From: a virus
Taxonomy: Duplodnaviria > Caudoviricetes
Virus record (IMG/VR): IMGVR_UViG_3300037467_001904
Coordinates: 1 to 64,000 of that record
DNA: 64,000 nt
Direction: 5' to 3' (one strand)
Position numbers and translations under genes: made by a program. Position 1 is the stretch's first letter; every line of letters begins with the position of its first letter. Of this stretch, positions 55,526-64,000 are shown in pieces. Below the pieces are notes generated by a model. It was not told the DNA's origin. It did not search any database and worked only from the letters and a program-made list of their open reading frames with translations.

Positions 55526-55743
55526 CAGACGAGCCCCTTCTCGATTGCGAGCCATTCAGGAACCGTCAAATCGTGATAGAGGATGCCATTGACCTTTGCT
55601 TTCGGCGCGATCTCGATCTTGCTCTTGGGAAGCCAGACGGCCCCCTTCCGGTCTTCATGATCCTCGCTGACTAGCAGGGCCGAGTCCGTCTCGTGATGGA
55701 CGAAAACGACCATGTCGTAGAGCGCTTCGGTAAGACGGCCCAT
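55525..55743 (-). CDS. Small phage hypothetical
   Basis: HETDSALLV...VWLPKSKIE...VPEWLAIEKGL. Confidence 0.7.
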   Translation of the reverse strand: MGRLTEALYDMVVFVHHETDSALLVSEDHEDRKGAVWLPKSKIEIAPKAKVNGILYHDLTVPEWLAIEKGLV

Positions 55744-56003
55744 CAAATCCCCCCTGCCGCTTCGATGGCGGCTGCTTTGCAATCGGCCCGGACTTCCTCG
55801 ATCTGCGCCTTGGTGATGCCGCCGTTGTTCCGGAACCATTCCCAGGAACCGCGTTTCAGCAAGCCAAGCTTTTCGAGGCGCCAGACCAACGACATCGGCT
55901 TCATCTCGGCCATGTCCGCGATCACGATGGCCATGCGCCGGGTGAACATGGTTTGGCCGGCCTTGTGGGCGTGGAAGGCGGCTTCCAGGGTGATGTCATC
56001 CAT
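55743..56003 (-). CDS. Hypothetical protein
   Basis: Operon-coupled. Confidence 0.55.
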   Translation of the reverse strand: MDDITLEAAFHAHKAGQTMFTRRMAIVIADMAEMKPMSLVWRLEKLGLLKRGSWEWFRNNGGITKAQIEEVRADCKAAAIEAAGGI

Positions 56004-56298
56004 GGGACACTTTCCATTCGATTGAGATGGCTTTCGCCTCATCCATGGACATCGGCCGGAACTGCTCGAAATTACCGTCGGGCATAGCCTTGAATGCCCA
56101 GTTTGAGCGCTGTCGGCCGGCTGGGTCATAGTGCCGATTGCAACGCGGGCAGAAAAAGTGCAGTCCGCCGGTCTTGTAGACCATTGGATTTCGACCGCAG
56201 CAGCGGCCCTGGTCGAGAGTGGTCGGCGCGAAAATGCCGTGCTCGATCGTGCAGCCGTGCTCGTTGACGGAATAGGTGAAGGGGTTGAGGGGCATCAT
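55996..56298 (-). CDS. Cys-rich hypothetical
   Basis: RCCGRNP...FCPRC. Confidence 0.55.
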   Translation of the reverse strand: MMPLNPFTYSVNEHGCTIEHGIFAPTTLDQGRCCGRNPMVYKTGGLHFFCPRCNRHYDPAGRQRSNWAFKAMPDGNFEQFRPMSMDEAKAISIEWKVSHG

Positions 56299-57290
56299 TC
56301 TGCGGCCTCCATCACGCGAACAAGGAAAGCTGCGGCGCTGGAGCCGGCGGCGGCGAGGCGAGGCAGGAGAGTGCGAACCGCATATGCTGCTTCCAGTGGC
56401 ACAACGCCGTTTCCGAGCATTCGGAGGCGGTCCACCCTGCTGGCCATCCCATCAGCCATTCCACGAACAGCGGGGACAAGGTAGGGCGCTTCTCGGAGAA
56501 CGCGCTGCCATCCTTGAACGTCTGCAGGACCGGGAGGGAAGATAGCCGGATGGCATCGGTCAGTGTGATTCCAGGATTGAACGCCTTGCTGGCCTGTGTC
56601 CGACCCGCCGTGAGAGAGGCGGAAGCGCGTGAGTCGGCGACCGTCACCGTCGGCCACTGCGCTGCTTGGGCCGGTAGTGGAATTCCTCCTGCCCCAAAAC
56701 TCTGGTTCGGACCGCCCTTCTCTCCGTCCGTTGCGCGAGGCGTCGACCATTGCAAGGGCGAGGACAAATACACGTTCTCGCGGGTGTGGCGCGCCAACCT
56801 CTGACGCCGTGAACAGTCCGCCCTCAACCGCAAAGCCCAGCTTCTGAAGGTCTCGCCATACCCTTTCGGCGCCAGCGATTTCGTCATCCCCCGCCGCAAG
56901 CATGCCGCTGACATTTTCGATGAGGACGAGCCAGGGACGTGCCTGCACGATGATGCGTCGGGCATCGGACCAGAGGTCGCGTTCGTCATGGCTGCCCCGC
57001 TTGCGGCCGGCGAGGGAATGCGGCTGGCACGGGATGCCGCCAATGACGCCATCCACGAGGCCGCGCCACTCTCTGCCGCGGAAGGTTCGGGCATTGCTCC
57101 ACACAGGCGCTGGAGCCACGAGACCTTGGCGCATCGCTTCGACCAGGTGGGCGACGGCGAAGGCTTCCCTCTCCACCAGACAGACCGGGCGAGCGCCTGG
57201 GATTGCCAGCTCGAGGCCAAGGTCGAGCCCTCCGCCTCCGCTGCAGAGGGAGATGAAGTCGAGGGGTCGCAATTCGGGATGTACAGCCAC
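56295..57290 (-). CDS. C5 cytosine DNA methyltransferase (motifs I, IV, VI, VIII, X)
   Basis: SLCSGGGGLDLG, GGIPCQPHS, IENVSG, GAPHPRERVF, LGNGVVP; GTG start. Confidence 0.9.
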   Translation of the reverse strand: MAVHPELRPLDFISLCSGGGGLDLGLELAIPGARPVCLVEREAFAVAHLVEAMRQGLVAPAPVWSNARTFRGREWRGLVDGVIGGIPCQPHSLAGRKRGSHDERDLWSDARRIIVQARPWLVLIENVSGMLAAGDDEIAGAERVWRDLQKLGFAVEGGLFTASEVGAPHPRERVFVLALAMVDASRNGRREGRSEPEFWGRRNSTTGPSSAVADGDGRRLTRFRLSHGGSDTGQQGVQSWNHTDRCHPAIFPPGPADVQGWQRVLREAPYLVPAVRGMADGMASRVDRLRMLGNGVVPLEAAYAVRTLLPRLAAAGSSAAAFLVRVMEAAE

Positions 57291-57292
57291 AT
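56312..57292 (-). CDS. Alternative-frame MTase partner carrying WxTP repeats and a motif IX-like segment
   Basis: 326-aa open frame; WSTPRATD, WPTVTVAD, LSPLFVEWLMGWPAGWT; ATG overlaps the MTase GTG. Confidence 0.7.
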   Translation of the reverse strand: MWLYIPNCDPSTSSPSAAEAEGSTLASSWQSQALARSVWWRGKPSPSPTWSKRCAKVSWLQRLCGAMPEPSAAESGAASWMASLAASRASRIPSPAASGAAMTNATSGPMPDASSCRHVPGSSSSKMSAACLRRGMTKSLAPKGYGETFRSWALRLRADCSRRQRLARHTRENVYLSSPLQWSTPRATDGEKGGPNQSFGAGGIPLPAQAAQWPTVTVADSRASASLTAGRTQASKAFNPGITLTDAIRLSSLPVLQTFKDGSAFSEKRPTLSPLFVEWLMGWPAGWTASECSETALCHWKQHMRFALSCLASPPPAPAPQLSLFA

Positions 57293-57412
57293 TCAAGCCG
57301 CTCCTCCCATTGCTTCGAACCTGTCGATAAGCCCTCCCCGCCCCAACGGCAGGTGATTGAAAGAGCGCAGAGACTCGGCCCAACGTCGTGAGACCGTGCG
57401 GGGGCAAAGACG

Positions 57413-58057
57413 ATGCAGAAGGCGCGAAGAGATGCTGGCGACGGCGGAGCGATTGCGGCCGGCTTGATCCTTTTGGCTCTCATTGTTTGCGGCATGGCCT
57501 GGTGGCTGGTGCGAGACGACCTTTGTTCCGCCAAGACGATCATGAAAGACAACGATGGCCTGTGCTTCGAGTTCTGGCTGAACCGATATCAAACGTTGCT
57601 TGTGGGCCTGGTCGCCGCCGCGTTGGCTGTATATGGCGCCCGGTCGGCCTGGAACGCAGTTCGGTTGCAGATTGGCACCGTCGACGAGCAGGCCTGGCAG
57701 TTGTCCCGGGGGATTATCGAACTCAAATTGTCCGAGTTGAGAGAAGTCAGCCGCCAACTTTTGGCAACGCAAGACAGAGAAAACGCCTATGGCAGCATAA
57801 GAATGGTCTTGGGAATGTACGAAATAGAAGCAGGCGATCTTTCGGTCGCCGAGCTTCGAAAAAACGCCGCCGCCTGCAATCCACTCATGCGCCAAAAAAT
57901 TGAATCTATTGCGAGCCGCTTGGAGGCGATTTCCGTGGTAATGTCGGGCTTTATTGTTGAAAAAACCTACGAAAATAATCCGATATTCGCAAAAACCTTC
58001 GCAAACTCTCTGCAGAGAACCGTGGATACAATTGAGCAACTTACGAGAGAGAATTAG
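57413..58057 (+). CDS. Accessory two-TM membrane protein, low GC
   Basis: Two TM segments; antisense to the early operon. Confidence 0.6.
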   Translation: MQKARRDAGDGGAIAAGLILLALIVCGMAWWLVRDDLCSAKTIMKDNDGLCFEFWLNRYQTLLVGLVAAALAVYGARSAWNAVRLQIGTVDEQAWQLSRGIIELKLSELREVSRQLLATQDRENAYGSIRMVLGMYEIEAGDLSVAELRKNAAACNPLMRQKIESIASRLEAISVVMSGFIVEKTYENNPIFAKTFANSLQRTVDTIEQLTREN

Positions 58058-58141
58058 GCACCAAATGCCGCTCGCGAGGTGCTCGCGCACCCTCCCCGGA
58101 ACCCGAATGCCAAAGCAGAGTTCTGGGTCGGAGGCACACTC

Positions 58142-58393
58142 ATGCACATCCACTTTTGGACGCACCCGGTTGAATTGCGCACCTATCTCGGTGACCTGCG
58201 CAGGATCACGTCGACCGAGGAAGCGGTGAAGTTTCTGAATATGAACTGGCCACTGACTGCCCATGGGCGACCAATGCGCGGGCAGCAGCGCTTCGCTATG
58301 GCGATTAGAAACGCCACTTCTGTCGAAGATGCCCGATCTACCTTCATCGAGGCATGTATGAGCATCGGAATGCAGGTTATTGAGGGTTCTTGA
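58142..58393 (+). CDS. DUF982 family protein (copy 1)
   Basis: FWTHPVEL...ITSTEEAVKFL.MNWP...ARSTFIEAC. Confidence 0.75.
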   Translation: MHIHFWTHPVELRTYLGDLRRITSTEEAVKFLNMNWPLTAHGRPMRGQQRFAMAIRNATSVEDARSTFIEACMSIGMQVIEGS

Positions 58394-58456
58394 TCCTGAG
58401 ATCGCATAGCTCGGAACCAGATCGCCCCGCCGCAGTTCATAGGCCGGAGGCGATCT

Positions 58457-58702
58457 ATGGACGTCAGACCTTGGAGCTCCCCGGTGAGAATCGAGATGGC
58501 TCCTGGGAGAATTCGGATCATCGGCTCGACGCTTGAGGCGGCCACCTTTCTGCTGAAGGACTGGCCGCCCAACGCTGAGGACATAGCCTTCTGGGCACGA
58601 CGGATATGCCTCGAAGCATCTGCGGGCTTGCGGCCGGACGAGGAGGCGCGAGCGGCGTTCCTCAGTGCCTGCCAAGACGCAGGTGTCCGCGTCGTCCCAT
58701 AG
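58457..58702 (+). CDS. DUF982 family protein (copy 2)
   Basis: WSSPVRI...IGSTLEAATFLLKDWP...ARAAFLSAC. Confidence 0.8.
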   Translation: MDVRPWSSPVRIEMAPGRIRIIGSTLEAATFLLKDWPPNAEDIAFWARRICLEASAGLRPDEEARAAFLSACQDAGVRVVP

Positions 58703-58720
58703 AGTTCGGAGGAATGGCCA

Positions 58721-58966
58721 ATGGACGTCAAAATCTGGAGCATGCCGGTTAGGTTCGAGACCGGCGTCGGCCAGTACCGCATCATCGCCAGCACTGAGGA
58801 GGCGTCGCGGTTCCTCCTGAACCAGTGGCCGATGGAAAACGGCGTCGCCTATGACGCGGCCCGGCAGGCCTACCTCGATGCGATGGAAGGCGAGGTTCCG
58901 GCTGACCTGGCCCGCCAAGCCTTCATTGAAGCATGCGACGATGCCCGCATGTATGTGATGCAGTGA
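58721..58966 (+). CDS. DUF982 family protein (copy 3)
   Basis: WSMPVRF...IASTEEASRFLLNQWP...ARQAFIEAC. Confidence 0.8.
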   Translation: MDVKIWSMPVRFETGVGQYRIIASTEEASRFLLNQWPMENGVAYDAARQAYLDAMEGEVPADLARQAFIEACDDARMYVMQ

Positions 58967-58968
58967 GG

Positions 58969-59904
58969 TCATGCCGGCACCTCGGGAAATCCGTTGTGCT
59001 CGACGCCATCTAGGAGACGGCCGGCGACCTTCTTGCCGACGCGCCAGGCGCGCTGGTAGTCGTCTAGTTCCAGGCCGAACGAGTTGCTTATCCCGCTTGG
59101 GATCGTCTGGTCGTCGGGGATCTGATCGCCACAGATCCACTCGCCGTTCTGCTTATGAAGATAGGCCTTCTCATGAGCAGCACACTGATCGCGCAGGCTC
59201 CGGAACCATTCAGTTCGGCTAGGTCGAGCATATGGTCCGCTCTCGCCGCCACTGATCCACCACGCAATCCCGGGTATCTGCGCGGTCCCGTCCGCCCCGA
59301 TCCGGAAGCCTTCCTTCCACCGCTCGCCGGGATAAAGCTGCTGGGGGTATGGATTTCCCTTCATCCACGGCGAGAGGTCGCCGAGATTTTCGAGGAGCGG
59401 TTCGCAGGAGGCGAACAGGAATCGCGGACGAAGGCCGGCTGCGAGGGTGAGATGTCCAAGGCGCTGCTCAACTGCCTTCCGGTCCTCGACGGTCGTACCG
59501 AAGGCGATATTCGCCGGCATGAAACCGATTGCCTTGACCATCTTGACGATGTTCTGAGGCCGCTTCGTCAGAAGCAGCCATTCCAGGTTCGGCGTGTCGC
59601 GGATGAGTGCCCAGAGATCGGCACGCCAGTCCGCTGGCACCTGGTTGTCAAACACGTCGGCAAGAGACGAACAGAAGACGCGATATCGGGTGCCTTCGGC
59701 CTCGGCGTGACGGTTCCATTTCAGGGGCTGGCGCCAGTTCGATTCGGCAGTGCGTCTACGATCTCCCTGCCATAGTGCAGCCTGCCCGGTTCGCTTCGCC
59801 CAGCCTTCTGCATAGCAATTGTCGCAGGCGAAGCTGACCTTCGTGCAGCCGACCCAAGGGTTGAAGGTATGGTGCGCCCATTCGATCTTGGTGTTTTCAC
59901 CCAT
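58969..59904 (-). CDS. Phage Gp37/Gp68 (DUF5131) protein
   Basis: TKIEWAHHTFNPWVGCTKVSFACDNCYAE; VFCSSLADVF; LLTKRP; GGESG. Confidence 0.9.
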   Translation of the reverse strand: MGENTKIEWAHHTFNPWVGCTKVSFACDNCYAEGWAKRTGQAALWQGDRRRTAESNWRQPLKWNRHAEAEGTRYRVFCSSLADVFDNQVPADWRADLWALIRDTPNLEWLLLTKRPQNIVKMVKAIGFMPANIAFGTTVEDRKAVEQRLGHLTLAAGLRPRFLFASCEPLLENLGDLSPWMKGNPYPQQLYPGERWKEGFRIGADGTAQIPGIAWWISGGESGPYARPSRTEWFRSLRDQCAAHEKAYLHKQNGEWICGDQIPDDQTIPSGISNSFGLELDDYQRAWRVGKKVAGRLLDGVEHNGFPEVPA

Positions 59905-60280
59905 TGGCTGGGCCCTCCCCGGTCCAGGGTTCGAAGCACCAGCTCTCAACCCACCAGGCCGAGACATCGCCATCGCGATCGTGACCGGCGATCCGCATAT
60001 CCAGGCGGCGACCAAAGGCGGTGGAATGCGTCTCCCTCAGGCTCGCTGGCGTTACGGGGCCGCAGGGTGGCGTTCCGACTTCCAGCACGATGTGGGGAAT
60101 GCCCTCGTTGGAGTGGTTGTAGCCCTTGCGCGGTGTGACAAGATCTCCGGCCTTGAAGAAGCAGCCGCCGTCATAGCGCGCGAACACCTCGCGCAACGTC
60201 ATGACCTGGGCCTCGGGGACCGGCAGGCTCACGCTCTCCTTCTCGGCCCCAAGCGCCATTTCGATGATCCCGATGCTCAT
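59897..60280 (-). CDS. Hypothetical protein
   Basis: Operon-coupled. Confidence 0.55.
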   Translation of the reverse strand: MSIGIIEMALGAEKESVSLPVPEAQVMTLREVFARYDGGCFFKAGDLVTPRKGYNHSNEGIPHIVLEVGTPPCGPVTPASLRETHSTAFGRRLDMRIAGHDRDGDVSAWWVESWCFEPWTGEGPANG

Positions 60281-61398
60281 GCCGCGACTCCATCCGCCTG
60301 CTTCGCCGCGGCCTCGAGCGCCGGCAGCGCCTCCTGGATCTCGTCGAACTCCTTCTGTGTGAGCTTGCCCTTCCAGGACTTGAGGGCCCGAGAGCCCTCC
60401 AGCGCCTTTGCGCGGGCGCGGTCCAGAAGGGTGTCCTCGGCCGGCAGGTCGTCGTCGTTGTGCTCGGCGCCGTCCTGGTCAGTTGACAGATCGCCCGTAT
60501 CGGCTTCCGTTTCGGCGGACGCGGTTGACGGTTCGGTGTTGGCAGGCGCCTGATCCAGCACCTCGCCGGTCTCGGCGTCGACGTGTTCTTGGGAGAACCC
60601 TTCAATCTGCGGAGCAGACGCCTGGGCACTGCGAAGCCGATGGACAAGCCCGGTGGGCTGTTCGGCCTGCAGCTCGAGGTGGTGCTCAGCGCGATCTTCG
60701 ATCTGGAGCGCGGTGCTGAGATCCGGCGACTGCGGCAGCCGCTTCATGAGGCGGCGGATGCAGGTCTTCTTCGCCATTTCGTCATAGTCGGTCGACCAGG
60801 GCGTGCTCTTGATCTTGCCGGCCTTGAACGCCCTGAAGCCGTCGGACTTGTCTCGGATCTTGTCGATCTGGACCGTAGTCATCGGCTCGAAATCCGTCTC
60901 GCCATCCTTGAACTTGACCACCGCGTAATAGCCGACGATCTCGCCGCGATCGCCGAACAGGTCCGGCTTGTGCTTCAGGCGCTTCTCGTCGCCCAGAACA
61001 CATTCGATTTCGTCGTTCTCGTAAACTTCGTGGGCGTAGACGCTGGCAATCTCGCCGGACTGGCGAGCGAGCTTGATCAGTCCACGGTAGCCGATACGAG
61101 CCTGTGGCCCCGTTGCCGATGCGATCAGATAAGCTTCGCCGAGCTGTGCATCGAAGAGGAGCCCGAGCGCTGCGACCTTAGCGACCTCGCGGAAGACTTC
61201 GCGAGGATTGAGAGTCATCAGCTTCGGCTGGTTCATGATCGCGTTGGAAAGGTTCCGCTCAAACCGTTCGAACGGCACATGCGCCGGCAGGACGGATTTC
61301 ACCGCCTGCTTGTCTGCAGGTGGCAACACCTTGCCCATGAAGGCTTGGAGTTGGGATGGTTTCTGGCGCTCTTCCTGGAGCGCGACAGCGGTGCTCAT
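60277..61398 (-). CDS. recT: RecT-family single-strand annealing protein
   Basis: LGEAYLI; IGYRGLIKLARQSG; PWSTDYDEMAKKTCIRRLMKRLP. Confidence 0.92.
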   Translation of the reverse strand: MSTAVALQEERQKPSQLQAFMGKVLPPADKQAVKSVLPAHVPFERFERNLSNAIMNQPKLMTLNPREVFREVAKVAALGLLFDAQLGEAYLIASATGPQARIGYRGLIKLARQSGEIASVYAHEVYENDEIECVLGDEKRLKHKPDLFGDRGEIVGYYAVVKFKDGETDFEPMTTVQIDKIRDKSDGFRAFKAGKIKSTPWSTDYDEMAKKTCIRRLMKRLPQSPDLSTALQIEDRAEHHLELQAEQPTGLVHRLRSAQASAPQIEGFSQEHVDAETGEVLDQAPANTEPSTASAETEADTGDLSTDQDGAEHNDDDLPAEDTLLDRARAKALEGSRALKSWKGKLTQKEFDEIQEALPALEAAAKQADGVAA

Positions 61399-62330
61399 TC
61401 TGCTGCTTCCCTGTAGGTGTTATCGATCTCCGGCAGGAGACCGAACTTCGTCTCCGTCTCGACCCGCTTGCGGAGCCAATCCGGCATGGATGTCGTGATT
61501 TCAGAGGGGTACGCCGGCCATTCGCCGGCCTCGATGCACTTGGCGAACTTGTCGATCGCGCGCCTGTTGCGCCGGGCGCCGTAGCTGATCCATTCGGCAT
61601 CGACGGGCGAAACATTTACCGCCCAGGGGTCGTCGCCCTCGATCCAGACCAGCACGAAGTCGGTCATCTCGAAGCCGAGCACCTGCCGGAAGGCTTCGCC
61701 GACGAGCGCTCCCTGGGCGTCGTACCCCCAGTTCTGAACGGCACGCTGGATCTTGTCGGGCGAGGCGTCGGTCGTCGTCTTGATGTCGCCCGCGATGCCG
61801 TCGGATACCGGGATGACGTCAGGCCGGCACTTCAGCCAAACGCCGGTCTTCCGGTCCTGCCAGAATATCGAGCGCTCGACATGCCCCTGCAGCAGGCCGG
61901 CTTGGATGCTGGGATCGCGCGCTAGGCTCGCCGCCATGCCGCGGATCGCGACGAGGTCGTCCGGCACCAGGACAGTCCGGCCGGCCTTGCGCATTTCGTC
62001 GCGCCAGGCCTGGGCAGCCTTCGTCCGCCAGTCCGTCCAATCGTCCGGCCGCACGGCATAGCGCTTCTTGAAGTCGGCCTCGCCAAGCAACAGGGTGTGG
62101 GCTGCCCTGCCGAAATCAAAGGCGTCCTTCTGCTCCTCCGGCTTGCGGTTCGGGTTCAGATAGGACTGGGCCCAATAGTGCGCAGGCGAACGGCTGTCGA
62201 GCAGGCGGAGACCCGATGAGGAAATGCTCGGCCCGGCGCAGCAATCGCTGTGGTAGACCTCCATCGGCACGCCGGAATAAATGCCCTGCTTCGTGATCTT
62301 CTGGCCGTCCCAGGGAATGGCGTCGATCAT
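61395..62330 (-). CDS. RecE/ExoVIII-like PD-(D/E)xK exonuclease (DUF3799-like)
   Basis: ISSSGL; FDFGRAAH; ERSIFW; LKCRPD; DIKTT. Confidence 0.88.
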   Translation of the reverse strand: MIDAIPWDGQKITKQGIYSGVPMEVYHSDCCAGPSISSSGLRLLDSRSPAHYWAQSYLNPNRKPEEQKDAFDFGRAAHTLLLGEADFKKRYAVRPDDWTDWRTKAAQAWRDEMRKAGRTVLVPDDLVAIRGMAASLARDPSIQAGLLQGHVERSIFWQDRKTGVWLKCRPDVIPVSDGIAGDIKTTTDASPDKIQRAVQNWGYDAQGALVGEAFRQVLGFEMTDFVLVWIEGDDPWAVNVSPVDAEWISYGARRNRRAIDKFAKCIEAGEWPAYPSEITTSMPDWLRKRVETETKFGLLPEIDNTYREAAE

Positions 62331-62545
62331 CGGCCCAGCTCCTTCTTGAGCTGGAGGTTCTTCAGCCGCCGGCGCTGGCGCTCGAGGTCACGGACCGGCC
62401 GGTGAAGGCGGCGGGCTGCGGCGAGTTCGACCTCGACCTCCATCAGTCGGGCGCGGATCGGTTGAGTCTCGGCTGCGATACGGCGGGCGCGGTGCCATTG
62501 GTACCAGGCCAGCAGGATTGCCTTGATCTGGTCAAATGGAGGCAT
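62327..62545 (-). CDS. Small hypothetical
   Basis: Operon-coupled. Confidence 0.55.
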   Translation of the reverse strand: MPPFDQIKAILLAWYQWHRARRIAAETQPIRARLMEVEVELAAARRLHRPVRDLERQRRRLKNLQLKKELGR

Positions 62546-63047
62546 GGCGCTTCTCCGCTTGCTCGCAAACAAATCCGCGCTTCTGGTCGCGCATCACAAC
62601 CTTTTCAGAGACCGACTTGCTGCCGGCTTCCGCGTTGCAGTCCCTGCAGGCCAGCACGAGGTTCGACGGATGGTTGGGGCCGCCGTGGGCTTTAGGGACG
62701 AGGTGCTCGATTGTGATCGCGGCGCTGTCGGGCGACAGGAATCCGTTCTCGCAAAACCAGCACCAGAGACCGTCCCGCGCGGCGAGATCCACAATGAGGT
62801 GACGCAGCTTGACCTTGCTTTTCAGGTCAGGCGACAACGCCACATCCTGCTTCGCTTTGTAGGAATTCAGGATCTCGACCAGTTCATCCGGCCAAGTCTG
62901 CCGCCCAGCCTTGTTCGTGTAGACGACGAACGGCCCGAAGCAGGTCCGGACGCGCAGGACTTCCCAGGCATTCGTCGGCGGGTCGACGATTGCCCCGCGC
63001 TTAGTCAGCCAGGACTTGAAGGCTGCCACTTCCTTATCCGACAGCAT
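62532..63047 (-). CDS. HNH endonuclease
   Basis: CWFC; TIEHLVPKAHGGPNHPSNLVLACRDCN. Confidence 0.85.
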   Translation of the reverse strand: MLSDKEVAAFKSWLTKRGAIVDPPTNAWEVLRVRTCFGPFVVYTNKAGRQTWPDELVEILNSYKAKQDVALSPDLKSKVKLRHLIVDLAARDGLWCWFCENGFLSPDSAAITIEHLVPKAHGGPNHPSNLVLACRDCNAEAGSKSVSEKVVMRDQKRGFVCEQAEKRHASI

Positions 63048-63312
63048 GGCTGGCCTCCATCTGCCGGCGGCGAGCGCGGGCGCCCTCCAGGGCGTCATCG
63101 AAGCAGGCCAGGACCTCGTCGATACCGAACGGCAGCGCGGCGACAGGCCCCTTGGCAACTGTAAGTATCTCCAGGCACTTGGCTTTATCGGCCAAGTCGA
63201 CACCGGACACGGCAAGGAAATCTCCGATGTCGCGGACGGATTGGGCCCGGGCGACCACGGCCCGTGCCGCGGCGCCGATCGGGCGGAAGTTGGGAGGGAG
63301 CGGGCCGGTCAT
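63034..63312 (-). CDS. Hypothetical protein
   Basis: Operon-coupled. Confidence 0.5.
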   Translation of the reverse strand: MTGPLPPNFRPIGAAARAVVARAQSVRDIGDFLAVSGVDLADKAKCLEILTVAKGPVAALPFGIDEVLACFDDALEGARARRRQMEASHAVG

Positions 63313-63322
63313 GGTTGCCCCC

Positions 63323-63769
63323 TCAATCCGTGTAAGCGACGTATTGGAACTTGCCGCCGCCGAAGCTCAGGAATCGTCCGCCGAACGTTCCCTTGACGCG
63401 ATCCTCAACTTCCTTGGACGTCGTTCCTTCCGGATAGACGCCATCGCAAATCTGTGAGAAATGAGTGTGCTCGCGGATGCGGTAATCAATCTTGGTCGGG
63501 TCAAGTTCGCGCGGCTTCCACGACAGCCATTGACCGGTCTTGCGGTCTTCCGTGACCTTGTGGTCATTGAAGACGTACTCGACGGGGTCGTCAGCTTCTT
63601 CCCACCCGCAATCGGCGCAGAAATGGCGCGGCGCAGTGCAGGCACCGCAGGGGGCGCTGAGGTGGCAGCTGCAATTCTCGGCGCGGCGCAACTCGATACT
63701 GCCGCAGCATCCGGAACGATTGCAGACGTCACCTTCGCAAATACCAAGCGTTTCCCCCATCACCGTCAC
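63323..63769 (-). CDS. Cys-rich hypothetical
   Basis: GDVCNRSGC; CSCHLSAPCGAC. Confidence 0.65.
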   Translation of the reverse strand: MTVMGETLGICEGDVCNRSGCCGSIELRRAENCSCHLSAPCGACTAPRHFCADCGWEEADDPVEYVFNDHKVTEDRKTGQWLSWKPRELDPTKIDYRIREHTHFSQICDGVYPEGTTSKEVEDRVKGTFGGRFLSFGGGKFQYVAYTD

Positions 63770-64000
63770 TCCGCAGCCACCAGGGCCGGAGCGGCCTCAA
63801 GCCACCTGCCCTCGACGATTTCGGAGACCCAGCTCGGCACGACCTTGTAGTCCAGCATCAGGCGCAGGCGATTGCCGTCACAGTGCAGCTCGTTCGCCGC
63901 GATGTAGTGCTCGGCCTCCTGGCAAATCGCCTTGGTGACGTCCTTGCAGGTGCCGACCGCCGGGTCGATCTCCAGGACCTGCAAGAGCCCCTGCCCGCGC
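63766..64000 (-). CDS. Hypothetical, 5' end outside the window
   Basis: Frame open to the window edge. Confidence 0.45.
   Translation of the reverse strand, partial: RGQGLLQVLEIDPAVGTCKDVTKAICQEAEHYIAANELHCDGNRLRLMLDYKVVPSWVSEIVEGRWLEAAPALVAAE

Larger units (their letters stand above)
48934..64000. mobile_element. Prophage C region: accessory arm (48934-53370), attP-like site, integrase and early operon (partial)
   Basis: Second tyrosine integrase with its own arm repeats; RecT/exonuclease, Gp37/Gp68, MTase and HNH in one minus-strand operon; left boundary uncertain. Confidence 0.7.

Noticed and set aside
57293-59140. 615-aa minus-strand ORF
   Set aside because: Shadow of four recognisable + strand genes; no motifs
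1-64000. CRISPR array, rRNA, intact tRNA, IS transposase, reverse transcriptase/DGR
   Set aside because: No regularly spaced repeat-spacer array, no full tRNA (only 3' fragments), and no transposase or RT motifs seen

Overview
GC-rich, Rhizobiales-like alphaproteobacterial DNA that is almost entirely prophage. (A) 1-3026 is the right end of one prophage (lysis cassette, cargo gene, att arm). (B) 2979-48933 is a complete ~45.9 kb temperate myovirus: integrase, early leftward operon, cI/cro, replication, TA/DUF3800 accessory block, head, contractile tail, fibres and lysis. It is bounded by two 3' fragments of tRNA-Gln(TTG), and its lysis cassette is a diverged copy of the one in A, so A and B are related phages in tandem. 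(C) 48934-53370 is an accessory/SOS block (SRAP, LexA box). It ends in an apparently intact attP (tRNA-Glu-like 3' core with arm repeats on both sides), followed by a second integrase and the early operon of a third phage (C5 methyltransferase, DUF982 x3, Gp37/Gp68, RecT/RecE-like, HNH) running off the window. Most interesting signals: a ~480-nt densely structured non-coding segment with four UNCG hairpins and a cloverleaf-like domain upstream of the terminase; a DUF3800 nuclease gene whose 3' end runs into structured RNA; a C5-MTase with a full-length second reading frame sharing one RBS; an array of short promoter-hairpin-terminator units after the lysis genes; a ~60-aa beta module inserted into three tail proteins; and a repressor lacking autocleavage residues. 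All family names come from motif recognition by eye, not database searches.
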